Under the pieces are notes generated by a model. It made no database searches. It worked only from the letters and a program-made list of their open reading frames with translations, and was not told the DNA's origin. Source: a virus. From it: a stretch of DNA of 64,000 nt. The translations under genes were made by a program, and so were the position numbers. Shown piece by piece: positions 9,942-20,223 of the stretch (position 1 is the first letter of the stretch; each line of letters begins with the position of its first letter). The stretch covers positions 1 to 64,000 of IMG/VR virus record IMGVR_UViG_3300023184_002781; one strand, written 5' to 3'.

Positions 9942-10243
9942 TATGACCACCTCAAAATAAACATAGTGCGATCACGTTCATCACGGAACCAGTACTTTGA
10001 ATTACTGCCTACCCAACGAGCATTTTCTGTAAGCCAATTATTATCACCCATTGTGTTAAACATCCACTGGTTCATATCTTGCCACTCTCCGATATCATAG
10101 TTGTATGGTCGAACCCAATATGGCCATTTAGGTTGATTGTCAGCGTAACCAGTTTCAAGGCGTTTCACGTTGATTTCATTGATCCATTCTGTTGCTAATT
10201 CAGATACCCATTTATCACGAGCCATAGCACGTTTCTTAAGCAT
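9941..10243 (-). CDS. Hypothetical protein, 'L(K/R)W' family
   Basis: Ends YWFRDERDRTMFILRWS. Confidence 0.75.
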   Translation of the reverse strand: MLKKRAMARDKWVSELATEWINEINVKRLETGYADNQPKWPYWVRPYNYDIGEWQDMNQWMFNTMGDNNWLTENARWVGSNSKYWFRDERDRTMFILRWS

Positions 10244-10490
10244 TAAACAGACGCCCAACGTGTTCTACGGCAAGATCATCGTCGGGCACAATGGGAGCGT
10301 TCCACATCAGGGCCATTATTAATGCGTCTTTATTACTTTTGAAAACAAAGTCCATATAATTAACGTTGGCATGACTTTGGAATCTATCACCGGGCAAGCC
10401 AAAGCGTTCAATGGCCCAGGCACATACATCGTTCCAACGTTGTCGATCATCAAACTCACGACTCCATGATATGCGTACGGTACTTGACAT
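10236..10490 (-). CDS. Hypothetical protein, 'L(K/R)W' family
   Basis: Contains WAIERFG and FVFKSNKDALIMALMW. Confidence 0.7.
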   Translation of the reverse strand: MSSTVRISWSREFDDRQRWNDVCAWAIERFGLPGDRFQSHANVNYMDFVFKSNKDALIMALMWNAPIVPDDDLAVEHVGRLFNA

Positions 10491-10696
10491 TATTCAACTC
10501 CGAAATGTTGTTTAATCTTTTTTCTATTACGATAGTATTCTTCGTAGGCCAAATCACTGACATTACATGCCTCACTCCAGAATGCTTCTCCGGCCTCTTG
10601 TATAATCAACCTAGCGTATTTTTCGTAATTGAAATTAAGTCCAAATTCATTGTGTTCCCAACATTGGGGCTCAAGTTCTTTGATTAGATTGTTCAT
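10490..10696 (-). CDS. Hypothetical phage protein
   Basis: 68 aa; AGGAG SD; coupled start/stop. Confidence 0.7.
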   Translation of the reverse strand: MNNLIKELEPQCWEHNEFGLNFNYEKYARLIIQEAGEAFWSEACNVSDLAYEEYYRNRKKIKQHFGVE

Positions 10697-10794
10697 TCTA
10701 TATATCTCCTAGAATCTTCATTAGAGCGATAACACATATATAATACTCCTACAATATATCCAATTAAAAATCCAAAAAATAAATCCCAGGTCAT
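10693..10794 (-). CDS. Small membrane protein (33 aa)
   Basis: Manual: MTWDLFFGFLIGYIVGVLYMCYRSNEDSRRYIE; ATGA overlaps at both ends. Confidence 0.7.
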   Translation of the reverse strand: MTWDLFFGFLIGYIVGVLYMCYRSNEDSRRYIE

Positions 10795-11138
10795 TTCTTT
10801 TTCCTACGTTTAAGCATTTTTTGATATTGCTCTTCGGTTAATGAATGACTGGTATCACAATCACCATTTGGATCTAAAGTACGACCACAATGACAAGACC
10901 CATTCATATCTATTAATCGTGTCATACCTTTCATTGGTACTGATACAATATATCTAATTTGTTCTTCTACTCTGAGAGGTAGATCAGAATGTACAAGTAC
11001 ATTATCTTCAACTTGCCTTATAACCATTCCAACTATAGGGACTTTGTTGAGTCGGGTAAAAACTCTATCCCCATAGTTGTACTTAGGCTTAGGCAAGTGT
11101 GCATCTCTTTGCAGGAACTGATCAGTTTGTGTTACCAT
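10791..11138 (-). CDS. Protein with C-terminal CDGSH-like Fe-S motif
   Basis: CHCGRTLDPNGDCDTSH. Confidence 0.6.
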   Translation of the reverse strand: MVTQTDQFLQRDAHLPKPKYNYGDRVFTRLNKVPIVGMVIRQVEDNVLVHSDLPLRVEEQIRYIVSVPMKGMTRLIDMNGSCHCGRTLDPNGDCDTSHSLTEEQYQKMLKRRKKK

Positions 11139-11139
11139 A

Positions 11140-11535
11140 TTAATACAACACAGGTTCTACTGTGTGCTCACCTTTTAGAGCCATCCATACTTCTTGTTTC
11201 TCGGTATATATAATACGTTTCTTTTCCAAAATAGGCCGACGCATTTCTGATGTCATATTACACCATCCCCCTACCCGAGCATAACTGCCATATGCTTCTT
11301 TTGGACACCATTCGTTAATCCATCCGGCTAACGCCTTAAATGAGTTAATAGTGTTACTAGGATGACTGTAAGATACTGCTTTCAAAAAGTCGTTGGCTAA
11401 CACCGCAGTAAAACAACTGCCTGGCTCATAACCATAGACCAAATAGTTAGCAATGGCATCAGCAAAGTCTCTAGGAACATCCCACTCGGAAAATGTTTCG
11501 TATAAACGATTTCGACTATAAACAGTTATATTCAT
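11140..11535 (-). CDS. Hypothetical phage protein
   Basis: Start MNITVYS after a GAGG SD; GYEPGSCFTAVLANDF. Confidence 0.7.
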   Translation of the reverse strand: MNITVYSRNRLYETFSEWDVPRDFADAIANYLVYGYEPGSCFTAVLANDFLKAVSYSHPSNTINSFKALAGWINEWCPKEAYGSYARVGGWCNMTSEMRRPILEKKRIIYTEKQEVWMALKGEHTVEPVLY

Positions 11536-11536
11536 A

Positions 11537-12352
11537 TCACACCTCAAAGTAAAAGTCAGGTTTAAAACCACTAGTATCTTCGTGTCCAATATAGCCACGC
11601 GGATTACTAACCACACGAGTATCACCAATCATGTAATCAACTGGATCATGCATATGGCCATGTACCCAAGTTTTGATGTTAGGAAAATCTAAAATTAATT
11701 CACTTAGATCACTGGTGTATCCCCCATTCATAGTTTGATCGTTCTTGTATTTGTCATTGATACTTGCATAACTAGGACCGTGGTGAGTAATGACAACAAA
11801 GGGTTTGTCACGATTCATTTCCAATACGGTTTTAAAGTATTGTTTAGTCTTAAAATGTACTCCAGCAGTATGCTCAGGTGTTAGTTTATGATACACATCT
11901 TTAGCAGGATAATGAGTAGTTATAAGTGTGTAATCATTCATGAACTGCTTGAGAGTAAATGCAGTGATGCTATCACCCTTGTTAAGGTCAGTCCATAGTG
12001 TAGCACCCATAAACATAACACCTTTGTAATTAACAACTTCGTTTTCTAACAAGGTTACATTCTTAGGTAGGATGCTTTTTAAAGCATCATAGGTCTTATC
12101 AAATCTCCCGTGATAGTGTTCATGGTTCCCAAGCACCATAAACACTTGATCATATTTTTCACATTCCCATTTGAAGAACTCTGAACAACGATAGAATGTG
12201 TCCGGGATATCTTGTATGAGTTTAGTGCTGTGGTGATGCTTGCGGATGCTACGTGCTTCGGCGATATCTCCAGCCAAGATGAGTACTTCGCCACCGGGTA
12301 ATTCTTGGTAGCCGAATTCTAAATGTAAATCTGATACAAGACTGACTTTCAT
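11537..12352 (-). CDS. Calcineurin-like metallophosphoesterase
   Basis: SDLHLE, LAGDI, GNHE, THHGP and HGHMH motifs. Confidence 0.92.
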   Translation of the reverse strand: MKVSLVSDLHLEFGYQELPGGEVLILAGDIAEARSIRKHHHSTKLIQDIPDTFYRCSEFFKWECEKYDQVFMVLGNHEHYHGRFDKTYDALKSILPKNVTLLENEVVNYKGVMFMGATLWTDLNKGDSITAFTLKQFMNDYTLITTHYPAKDVYHKLTPEHTAGVHFKTKQYFKTVLEMNRDKPFVVITHHGPSYASINDKYKNDQTMNGGYTSDLSELILDFPNIKTWVHGHMHDPVDYMIGDTRVVSNPRGYIGHEDTSGFKPDFYFEV

Positions 12353-12353
12353 A

Positions 12354-12617
12354 TTAACACCATTTTAGTAAGAACCATTGATATTCTTTATCAGTGGCAA
12401 AATAAATTCTCATTGTAGTTTGATTATTAATCCAACACCACTCAGTATTTGGATTACTAATCTTAGTTACAAACTCATAATCATCACTGGCGCCCCATTG
12501 TTGATTACACCATTTTCTAATATCACAGAATAGTTGATGCTCTTTATAAACAAAGTCAGCACAGTACTTATACTTAGAATGCCCATTCATTCTTCCATCA
12601 ACTTTTCTGTGGTTCAT
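12354..12617 (-). CDS. Hypothetical protein, 'L(K/R)W' family
   Basis: WCNQQWG...IYFATDKEYQWFLLKWC. Confidence 0.75.
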   Translation of the reverse strand: MNHRKVDGRMNGHSKYKYCADFVYKEHQLFCDIRKWCNQQWGASDDYEFVTKISNPNTEWCWINNQTTMRIYFATDKEYQWFLLKWC

Positions 12618-12967
12618 GTTATCTTTATCTGCTTTGTATTTGCTCGATCACTATATAATTTATGACCACGCTCTCTGATCAATTCTGCTGTAGCCTGTGG
12701 ATATTCTTCCCACTGCTCTCTCCAAAATACTTCATCCATTTCTTCAGTACAATCGATGGCGTAGATTTCATAATGACGTTGTGGATTAAATCTAGCCCTC
12801 AACAACAAACTACGCACAACACCGTTAAGTGGATTATTAATTCTTTTTTGATCCCTTAACAACCGTATGGTATTTTCTTGCTCGTGAAACTCATATTGGG
12901 AGATAGGAATAATGGATTCAATGCCCAAATTATCCCAACTGAAGATAAATGCGTTTTTCGTTGCCAT
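12614..12967 (-). CDS. Hypothetical phage protein
   Basis: Start MATKNAF lies 6 nt after the -10 box; LRARFNPQRHYEIY. Confidence 0.7.
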   Translation of the reverse strand: MATKNAFIFSWDNLGIESIIPISQYEFHEQENTIRLLRDQKRINNPLNGVVRSLLLRARFNPQRHYEIYAIDCTEEMDEVFWREQWEEYPQATAELIRERGHKLYSDRANTKQIKIT

Positions 12968-12973
12968 ACTGAT

Positions 12974-13002
12974 ATTATACACTAAACTGGTAAATTTGTC
13001 AA
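12974..13002 (-). promoter_or_regulatory. Consensus sigma70 promoter
   Basis: TTGACA-17-TATAAT heading the 12967-8044 gene run. Confidence 0.9.
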
Positions 13003-13040
13003 GTGGTTATAACTCCATTAAATAGTCAAAAGGATTGATT

Positions 13041-13460
13041 ATGGAAAAGATTAAGAAAGCACTTTGGTTTACCGCAGGTATTTTATTTTTGGGAATAGCA
13101 TATATTGGAATAATTGTTCCCGGAATTCCATGGTCCACTCCTAGTTTAATTGCAACCTACTGCTTTGCTCGTAGCAGTAAAAAGTTCCATGACTATATGT
13201 TAAATCATAAGTTATTTGGGCCATTCATCAAAGATTGGCAAGCAGGTAGCGTATTTCCCGCTAAGGCCAAATGGTTCATGTTTATAAGCATGGATGTTAG
13301 TTTGGTTATCTTTTGGTTCGCCACACAGAATTGGAAAGCCACAATGGGTATGGGCATATTCTTTGCACTAATTATACTTTGGGCAAGCCGATTGCCGGGT
13401 AGCAGAGAAGAAGCAGAACGCAGGAAAGAAGCTGGAGAAAAGTTAGGTTGGTTTAAGTAA
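13041..13460 (+). CDS. YbaN/DUF454 inner membrane protein
   Basis: GIIVPGIPWSTP, CFARSS and HKLFGPFIKDW motifs; TAAATA at 13019 and AAGGA SD. Confidence 0.85.
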   Translation: MEKIKKALWFTAGILFLGIAYIGIIVPGIPWSTPSLIATYCFARSSKKFHDYMLNHKLFGPFIKDWQAGSVFPAKAKWFMFISMDVSLVIFWFATQNWKATMGMGIFFALIILWASRLPGSREEAERRKEAGEKLGWFK

Positions 13461-14061
13461 TAAGATTTTTAAAACTTTTATATTTCAGTGATTCATATAT
13501 TTGATCAAGTGTAGGATATCCCTCAAATTTAGTTTGTATTATAATCCTTGGATCATTTCCTCTACATTTAAAACTATGAAATACATCGACGTTTAGCAAA
13601 TATACATCTCCAGCTTCAACTTTAAGTTCTTCTATAAATGGAACTTTTTCATATTGTTTAATATGAGCATCTCTGGAATAACCATATTCGTGTCCGTCTT
13701 TATCTTTTATACCTAATACTGCAATACGTTTTATTAAAGCATCATCATACCATCGAACCCAATCATTAGGATTACATGATATTGCTATGTTAAGGGCCGA
13801 CTTGCATTTTAGTCCATCTTTATGGATTCCATATCCATATCCCCATTCGCTATAAAATGCCTTTTGTGTATGTCTTTTCTTTTCACTTGACCATTGAATT
13901 TTAAGGTCGGTATTTTCAAATATTTCTACAAACTTATCATTTAATGTTTTATCAAATTGAATCCATTGATATGGTTCGTTATCAACTTTTCTTTTAAGAA
14001 TTTCTTCTTTAAAAAACTCAATAGTATCAGTGGGTAATTTTCCCAATTTTATGTAAAACAT
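13453..14061 (-). CDS. Putative cupin/2OG-Fe(II) oxygenase-like protein
   Basis: HKD...H...R pattern (GIHKDG; NVDVFHS; PRII). Confidence 0.5.
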   Translation of the reverse strand: MFYIKLGKLPTDTIEFFKEEILKRKVDNEPYQWIQFDKTLNDKFVEIFENTDLKIQWSSEKKRHTQKAFYSEWGYGYGIHKDGLKCKSALNIAISCNPNDWVRWYDDALIKRIAVLGIKDKDGHEYGYSRDAHIKQYEKVPFIEELKVEAGDVYLLNVDVFHSFKCRGNDPRIIIQTKFEGYPTLDQIYESLKYKSFKNLIT

Positions 14062-15382
14062 AATCTCTTTGTTGTTTAATAGACATATCTATTAATTTAG
14101 ATACGTCAGGAAAAACTTTTCTCCAATCTGTATTTCTTGATTTATCTAAATGGTTCATAAAATTAACAAAATTTACAATGCTTTCTGGTTTATGGAATTT
14201 ATCATCTAATTTTTGTTGCAGATGCAAAATTATAATTTCAGCCTTTTCGCTGGTATTTACATATTGTTTATAATAGTCAATTAGCTCTTGTTTAGCAACA
14301 GCAGGCAACGATGCTACACTATGGAAATCGGGGCCTTCTAAAAATCTTATATGGAAAGTTGCACCAATTGATCTACACCATTCTTCACTTTCAATAATAC
14401 TATATGCTGTGGCAATTTGAAAGCAAGTAGTTAATGCTTTGATTTCAATTTTACCATTAGATTCAATTTCGTATTCTTTTAATTTTTTAACATTTTTTTG
14501 AAATTTATCCCAATTGCCCGGGAATCTAATAATTTCATATTGATCATTAATAGCATCCATACTACCACGAATGTCAATCTTTTTAAAATGCTGCCAGCGT
14601 CTGGCAATTTTATCATTAACGGCACTACAATTTGTATCGTATTCTAACCATATATTTTTAGCATATCCTGAATCGATTAGTTTATCTAACATGATATCAT
14701 GTGCAGGTGTAACCATGGGTTCTCCACCTGTTATGTATATATGTTTTAAATATGGCATCATGCTTTCAAATTTTGGCCACCATCTAGGATCTTCAAACCA
14801 TTTTAATTCAATTGGTTCTATCCATTTATTTGTTTTTGGATCTTTTACAATTCTAACTTTTTCGCCTTGTCCAAACTCTGTTTTTTGATGAATTTCTACA
14901 TATTCATCGTACCACATATTACTAAACGTTGGGTTACACATTATGCATTTCTGATTACATAAATTTCCAAATCTAATATCCAAACTACTAGGCATCCAAT
15001 CTATGTTTCCATCTTTATCTATTTTATCATGATATGTGGATTCAGAAACAACATTGTCATCTTCGATATTCATCAAATAGACTCTTCTACTTGTATTTTT
15101 ATGACCTCTGTTGTAATTTGTAATTACTTCTCTATTTTCACAACAATCACAATGTGGGCTCCATGCATTGGGGTCTTTCACATTAAGTAACCGCACTTCT
15201 CTATGCTTGTCACTATTCATTATATCCTGAATGCTATGAGTTAAAATATGCATTACGTTGCCAAATTTATCTCTGCATCGTTGCATATCCAAATCGGGAT
15301 TACTATTTTGTCCTATAGAACATAATCTGATATATCCATCAGGGAGAATATGCAACCCATTCCAAACTGTCTTACAAAACAT
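14027..15382 (-). CDS. Radical SAM protein with N-terminal SPASM/twitch-like domain
   Basis: CNQKCIMC, TGGEP and YDTN motifs; N-terminal C...C...CxxC. Confidence 0.9.
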   Translation of the reverse strand: MFCKTVWNGLHILPDGYIRLCSIGQNSNPDLDMQRCRDKFGNVMHILTHSIQDIMNSDKHREVRLLNVKDPNAWSPHCDCCENREVITNYNRGHKNTSRRVYLMNIEDDNVVSESTYHDKIDKDGNIDWMPSSLDIRFGNLCNQKCIMCNPTFSNMWYDEYVEIHQKTEFGQGEKVRIVKDPKTNKWIEPIELKWFEDPRWWPKFESMMPYLKHIYITGGEPMVTPAHDIMLDKLIDSGYAKNIWLEYDTNCSAVNDKIARRWQHFKKIDIRGSMDAINDQYEIIRFPGNWDKFQKNVKKLKEYEIESNGKIEIKALTTCFQIATAYSIIESEEWCRSIGATFHIRFLEGPDFHSVASLPAVAKQELIDYYKQYVNTSEKAEIIILHLQQKLDDKFHKPESIVNFVNFMNHLDKSRNTDWRKVFPDVSKLIDMSIKQQRDYVLHKIGKITH

Positions 15383-15421
15383 TATTTCTTTCCAATAAAC
15401 TGTAACGATATTTATCGAAGG

Positions 15422-16174
15422 TTACATACGCTCATTATAATGAACTTCAGCCCATTTAAAGTTATTCCACTGGGTATTAACTGCCATTGACGTTTTTTCA
15501 CGTATATCGTGAAAATATAATTTTGCATTTGTTTGCATACTATCAACTAAACAATGAAAACTACTAGGAACACAATGTATTTCTTCTGCACATTGTATTA
15601 ATTTAACATATTGCATCATATCATCAGTAGTACCTTCGTTGATTTCTATGATTCTTACATTTTCTTTTAGACCTGCATTCTGTCTAAATGCAGGAATGTT
15701 TATAGGAATACCGTCGGGATGATCTCCAGTATATCGATGTATAAGGATGTAAGGTTCATTATTACTAAGGGTATCATAAAGTTTATCAGACCCTTCTATA
15801 TGTGCGGGAAGTCTAAAGTTTGAATATCTTAGTCCATATGATAATTCAAAATTAGCATATGTTTGTATATCCCACATAGGGATAATTTGAAAATTCTTTA
15901 TAGATGTTTGTGATAGTGGAATCGGCAGTATTCTAGAAAGACCGTTAGCTTGAGAATATTGCATTATTTGATTTTCATCAGGTTCTAATGCAATAACTTT
16001 TATGTTAGGATGATCTTGATATAATGTTTTTACAGTTTTATAAAATTTAGGTTGAGCTGGAACATGCAATTCGTGAGATCTATCAGCAAAGTGATTTACA
16101 ATTCCGCTTTGTACAAAGGTATCTCCTAACCCAACTGGTCCTAAAAAAAACAATTTATCAAATAATTTTATCAT
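15422..16174 (-). CDS. Putative glycosyltransferase-like protein
   Basis: GLGD N-terminal motif; AEEIHCVPSSFHCL resembles GT-B C-terminal loops. Confidence 0.45.
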   Translation of the reverse strand: MIKLFDKLFFLGPVGLGDTFVQSGIVNHFADRSHELHVPAQPKFYKTVKTLYQDHPNIKVIALEPDENQIMQYSQANGLSRILPIPLSQTSIKNFQIIPMWDIQTYANFELSYGLRYSNFRLPAHIEGSDKLYDTLSNNEPYILIHRYTGDHPDGIPINIPAFRQNAGLKENVRIIEINEGTTDDMMQYVKLIQCAEEIHCVPSSFHCLVDSMQTNAKLYFHDIREKTSMAVNTQWNNFKWAEVHYNERM

Positions 16175-16701
16175 CGTTGTCGTATTTTTAATTTAGCATA
16201 AACAGTCTGTACTCCCACAGATTGTCTTATAGCATCTTGTAGTGCATCATGTTTCCCACCTTTGGGCATATCTGGATCAACACCTAGGTCAAACAAGGTA
16301 CGTGTATCACGTATCTGCCAATATTGCCAAGGTACTGGTTTGCCTAATTGCTTATATATATTTTCAATAATCACAATATCAAATATCGAGCCATGTGCCC
16401 AGAATGCATCACATCCCCAAGCAAACTTATGAAATTGATCTATTGCATCAACCAATGAAATACGATTGTCTGGACTAAATGCTTCTTCCATAACAACAGG
16501 GTCTTGCTGGCTCCACCAGGTTATGGTATTTGGATCCACTTCTCGACCCAATGCATCTTGATCATCTATATTAATTCTAAAATATAGTTTATCACCATAT
16601 CCATTTCCATACGGATTAAAATGTACTGCTCCGAGACTGAGAACTACTGCATTAGGCGACACCGCCATTGTCTCGAGATCCACCATTAGGTGCTTGGTCA
16701 T
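16171..16701 (-). CDS. DEDDh 3'-5' exoribonuclease (Rv2179c-like)
   Basis: MVDLET, FDIVI, RDTRT and HDALQDA motifs. Confidence 0.88.
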   Translation of the reverse strand: MTKHLMVDLETMAVSPNAVVLSLGAVHFNPYGNGYGDKLYFRINIDDQDALGREVDPNTITWWSQQDPVVMEEAFSPDNRISLVDAIDQFHKFAWGCDAFWAHGSIFDIVIIENIYKQLGKPVPWQYWQIRDTRTLFDLGVDPDMPKGGKHDALQDAIRQSVGVQTVYAKLKIRQR

Positions 16702-16702
16702 A

Positions 16703-17647
16703 TTAGCTTTCTATAAATTTATCAATTAATGTATTTGGTTTAACTGTGGGAGTTTTTTTAGTTTTTACTTTTGCTTCTGGATTTCTTATTACTTCTAAAA
16801 CACCGGATTCGTATTTTTCATTAGGTGTGGTTTGTACATTATCAGGCAATTGAGTTGATAACTGTTTATCTGTAGTGGATACAATATTCTCATCTGCATA
16901 GGATATTCTAGCAGTTGCTATATCAAAATATTCCTTAGACATTTCTATGCCAATAAAGTTTCTACCAGTTAATTTGGCACTTACGCCGCAACTACCAGAA
17001 CCCATGGTAAAGTCCATTACTGTATCACCGGGATTACTGTAAGTCATAATCAACCAATTTAAAACATTGGTAGGTTTTTGTGTAGCATGTACTGTTTGCT
17101 GTGCAGAAAAATTCCTGCTGGCGTGCAATATACTTTTAGGATATCTTGTACCGTGGTTCTCACCTCCCAAGAATGGTTTTCCATTATTGCTAAAACCATA
17201 TCCATGACTGTTTTTTCCAGTACCGTAACCTTTTACTTTGTCTTTAGCTTCACGCTTATATGCTTCACCTTCTTCCATAATAGGATTATAAGTGCCGCCA
17301 CTTTCTTTACTAAAGATCATAATGTTTTCATGAATCTTTTGCGGGCGAAATTTAGCAAGGCCCGGGCTACCACATTTATTTTTATTCCAAATAAGTTCAT
17401 GTCTAAACCAAGATATTTTACTAGCAACAACTAAACTAGTAAATGGTTGGCTACCAAAGATAATAATATTACCTTTTGGTTTAACAATGCGTTCAAGTTC
17501 TTTCCACATCTCAACAAAGTCCAATACCTTATCCCATTCGATGCCTGTAGTTCCATAAGGTGGATCTACACATACCATATCCACGGATTGATCTGGTATA
17601 TTTTTAAAAGCGTTAAAACAAGAGTCGTTAAAAAGTGTTATGTTCAT
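16703..17647 (-). CDS. Beta-class N6-adenine/N4-cytosine DNA methyltransferase
   Basis: DPPY precedes HATQKP and DFTMGSGS. Confidence 0.92.
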   Translation of the reverse strand: MNITLFNDSCFNAFKNIPDQSVDMVCVDPPYGTTGIEWDKVLDFVEMWKELERIVKPKGNIIIFGSQPFTSLVVASKISWFRHELIWNKNKCGSPGLAKFRPQKIHENIMIFSKESGGTYNPIMEEGEAYKREAKDKVKGYGTGKNSHGYGFSNNGKPFLGGENHGTRYPKSILHASRNFSAQQTVHATQKPTNVLNWLIMTYSNPGDTVMDFTMGSGSCGVSAKLTGRNFIGIEMSKEYFDIATARISYADENIVSTTDKQLSTQLPDNVQTTPNEKYESGVLEVIRNPEAKVKTKKTPTVKPNTLIDKFIES

Positions 17648-17655
17648 ATTAATAT

Positions 17656-18333
17656 TTACTTTGTTTTAACAGGTACAGGATTTTTATAAAAATTAATAGC
17701 AGTTTCCCATTGTTCAGCTTTTTTTGCCCAGCAATAAAATACACCATTAGTAATAACGTTATTGAATACTACTTCAAATTCATTTGTATTAGGAAGGGAC
17801 TCATGTTCTTTGCTCCACATGATTTGGAGATTGTTAGTAGGGTTTTTACCCCAATGTGTAATTTGTTTAACACCACGTACCATTACGTGGCTGAAGTCTT
17901 TTTTGTCTAGGCTTAAAAACCAATAGTCGCGAGTAGTTTCTTTCTTGTGTTTAATAATAAGTTCTGCAAATTTTTTATCAGATATTTTGTTAGCAATTCC
18001 TAAATCTTCATACTCTTTAATAGTAAGGCCAGTAAATGCCCACAGAAGGCCTAATTTGCTAAAGGCATTGTCGCTAGATCCAATACTAGTTTTAATATTG
18101 ACCACATGTTCAGAGCCGTCATAATCAACAACAATCATATCGCTAAAACTTCGAAGAACACCAGCTTTGATTCTATTTTTAAATTTTGGTTGTTTTTCTA
18201 ACCAAGCAATAATTTTATCTTCGTCTTTTTTGCTATTTACACGACCTTCAGTATTTTCATTTACAGCTTTAAGATTGGATTTCTTAAGTGCTTCTACAAT
18301 GTCGTTTAAAATTTTTGGTGCTGCAGGATTCAT
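17656..18333 (-). CDS. Putative type II restriction endonuclease (PD-(D/E)xK-like)
   Basis: EGRVNS, FSDMIVVD...VNIKTS; directly upstream of the MTase; start taken as MNPAAPK with an AGGA SD (track start TTG 18360). Confidence 0.6.
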   Translation of the reverse strand: MNPAAPKILNDIVEALKKSNLKAVNENTEGRVNSKKDEDKIIAWLEKQPKFKNRIKAGVLRSFSDMIVVDYDGSEHVVNIKTSIGSSDNAFSKLGLLWAFTGLTIKEYEDLGIANKISDKKFAELIIKHKKETTRDYWFLSLDKKDFSHVMVRGVKQITHWGKNPTNNLQIMWSKEHESLPNTNEFEVVFNNVITNGVFYCWAKKAEQWETAINFYKNPVPVKTK

Positions 18334-18366
18334 ATATTTCCTATTAATTGTTGCTCTCAAGTATCA

Positions 18367-18395
18367 ATTATACAGGAAATCTGATATCTTGTCAA
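18367..18395 (-). promoter_or_regulatory. Consensus sigma70 promoter
   Basis: TTGACA-17-TATAAT; the -35 box overlaps the bS21 stop codon. Confidence 0.88.
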
Positions 18396-18625
18396 TACAT
18401 TTTTTTGGGTAATTGCTGATCGTTTAGCTTTTTTTTCCATCGGGCTTTAGCTGCACCTTTAGCTCGTTTGCGTGTTGTAGTGGGTTTTTCATAAAACATT
18501 TTGGCTTTGAGATCTTCAAGAAGTCCAGAATCTTCTACTTTTTGTTTAAATTTACGGAGTGCTACTGCTATAGGAAGATCCCCAACAATTACCTTGTTTC
18601 CAAATACTTTATTGTTTTTGCTCAT
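18392..18625 (-). CDS. rpsU: Ribosomal protein bS21
   Basis: ALRKFKQKV...[20 protein letters not shown]. Confidence 0.9.
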   Translation of the reverse strand: MSKNNKVFGNKVIVGDLPIAVALRKFKQKVEDSGLLEDLKAKMFYEKPTTTRKRAKGAAKARWKKKLNDQQLPKKMY

Positions 18626-19841
18626 TTTTCTTTTTATCAAAAATCATTACGGCTGATTTACCGTTTATAGTATCTTTACTTATCCGTATTGATTTTAAAC
18701 CACGTTCTACAAGATCAACAGCGTCAAATTGATAGGGCAACAATACTTTTTCTATAATGTTTTTTAATCCACGAGCATTAGTTTTAAGTTCTTTGGCTTT
18801 CTCGGCAACAACTTGTAAAGCATCGTCATCAAAAGAAAGATCAATTCCATCAAGTTCAAATAGATATTGATATTGTTTTATCAAACTGTTTTTTGGTTCT
18901 TTTAAAACTTTAGCCAATTGCTCAACATTTAGTTCTTCTACATTTATATAAAGTCCAAAGCGCCCAACGAACTCTGGTATCATTCCAAATTTAATTAAAT
19001 CTTTAGTAGTTAATTCTTCATAAATTTTATTGGTGTCTGTTTCATTTTTTATATTAGCATGAAAACCTACTGATTTGGCATCAGTACGTTGCTGAATAAT
19101 TTTATCCATTCCAACAAAAGCACCACCACATATAAACAATATACCACGAGTATCTATTTCTTGCATCTCACTTCCCGGATGCTTACGTTTGCTAGATGAT
19201 GGGATACGCATAACGGATCCTTCAATCATCTTTAGTAAGGCTTGTTGAACACCTTCCCCGCTGACATCTCTAGTGATACTAGCACTTTCACTTTTGCGAG
19301 CAATTTTATCAATCTCATCAATATAGACAATACCACGACTAGCTTTTTCTAAATCCCCATCTGCTTCGCCAATTAAACGTGTAAGGATACTTTCAACATC
19401 ATCTCCAACATAACCTGCTTCGGTAATACCTGTAGCATCACAAATAGCAAAGGGCAAATCTAAATAATCAGCAATCTTACGTGCCATCATAGTTTTGCCA
19501 CATCCTGTTGGTCCTAACAATAGTACATTTGTTTTTTCAATTTCTATTTCTGTACTAGGATTATTAATGCGTTTAAAATGTTGGCTTACTGCCACACTTA
19601 GGGCAATCTTAGCATTGCTTTGTCCAATAACATATTGATCAAGATATTCTTTAATTTTAACAGGGTTCAACAACTTTGCATCTTTAAGATCGTGTTTGAC
19701 TTTTTCATCTTTTAATATATCAACACACAGTTCAACGCAATCGTTACAGACGGCTGCATTCTCACCCACAATTAATTTCTCTACATCTTCTTTGCTTTTT
19801 CCACAAAAATCACAGACATGAGTATCACTAAGTTTTGTCAT
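18609..19841 (-). CDS. clpX: ClpX ATPase
   Basis: C4 Zn finger; [22 protein letters not shown] and VGF loop. Confidence 0.97.
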   Translation of the reverse strand: MTKLSDTHVCDFCGKSKEDVEKLIVGENAAVCNDCVELCVDILKDEKVKHDLKDAKLLNPVKIKEYLDQYVIGQSNAKIALSVAVSQHFKRINNPSTEIEIEKTNVLLLGPTGCGKTMMARKIADYLDLPFAICDATGITEAGYVGDDVESILTRLIGEADGDLEKASRGIVYIDEIDKIARKSESASITRDVSGEGVQQALLKMIEGSVMRIPSSSKRKHPGSEMQEIDTRGILFICGGAFVGMDKIIQQRTDAKSVGFHANIKNETDTNKIYEELTTKDLIKFGMIPEFVGRFGLYINVEELNVEQLAKVLKEPKNSLIKQYQYLFELDGIDLSFDDDALQVVAEKAKELKTNARGLKNIIEKVLLPYQFDAVDLVERGLKSIRISKDTINGKSAVMIFDKKKNEQKQ

Positions 19842-20223
19842 TAAATGCTCTTTTTAAAAATGATTCTATATTGGTTATTCTATTTTGATTTATATAATGG
19901 CAAACTGCCGCTGTATTTTCATTCTTAGTTTGATAAAATATATTTTTCTTACCTAGAATATAACCACTCAAAATAGAAGTAATATTATTTAAACTATCTA
20001 AGTCAATGTACTTATATTCAGATACAGCCATAGCATGAAAAAACCAAGTTAAATCTTGTTCGCCTGAATAGAAATATATATTAATATTTTCTTTAATATC
20101 AGATTCTCCTAACCATTTACTTACAGTTTCTTGATCTTCATCACTTAGATGTATAAAAAGAATACTGTAGGATTCGTTTTCAAAAATATCCGGTGGGGTA
20201 ATTAATGTTATTTTGCCATCCAT
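19828..20223 (-). CDS. Hypothetical protein
   Basis: 131-aa ORF coupled to neighbours. Confidence 0.7.
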   Translation of the reverse strand: MDGKITLITPPDIFENESYSILFIHLSDEDQETVSKWLGESDIKENINIYFYSGEQDLTWFFHAMAVSEYKYIDLDSLNNITSILSGYILGKKNIFYQTKNENTAAVCHYINQNRITNIESFLKRAFNDKT

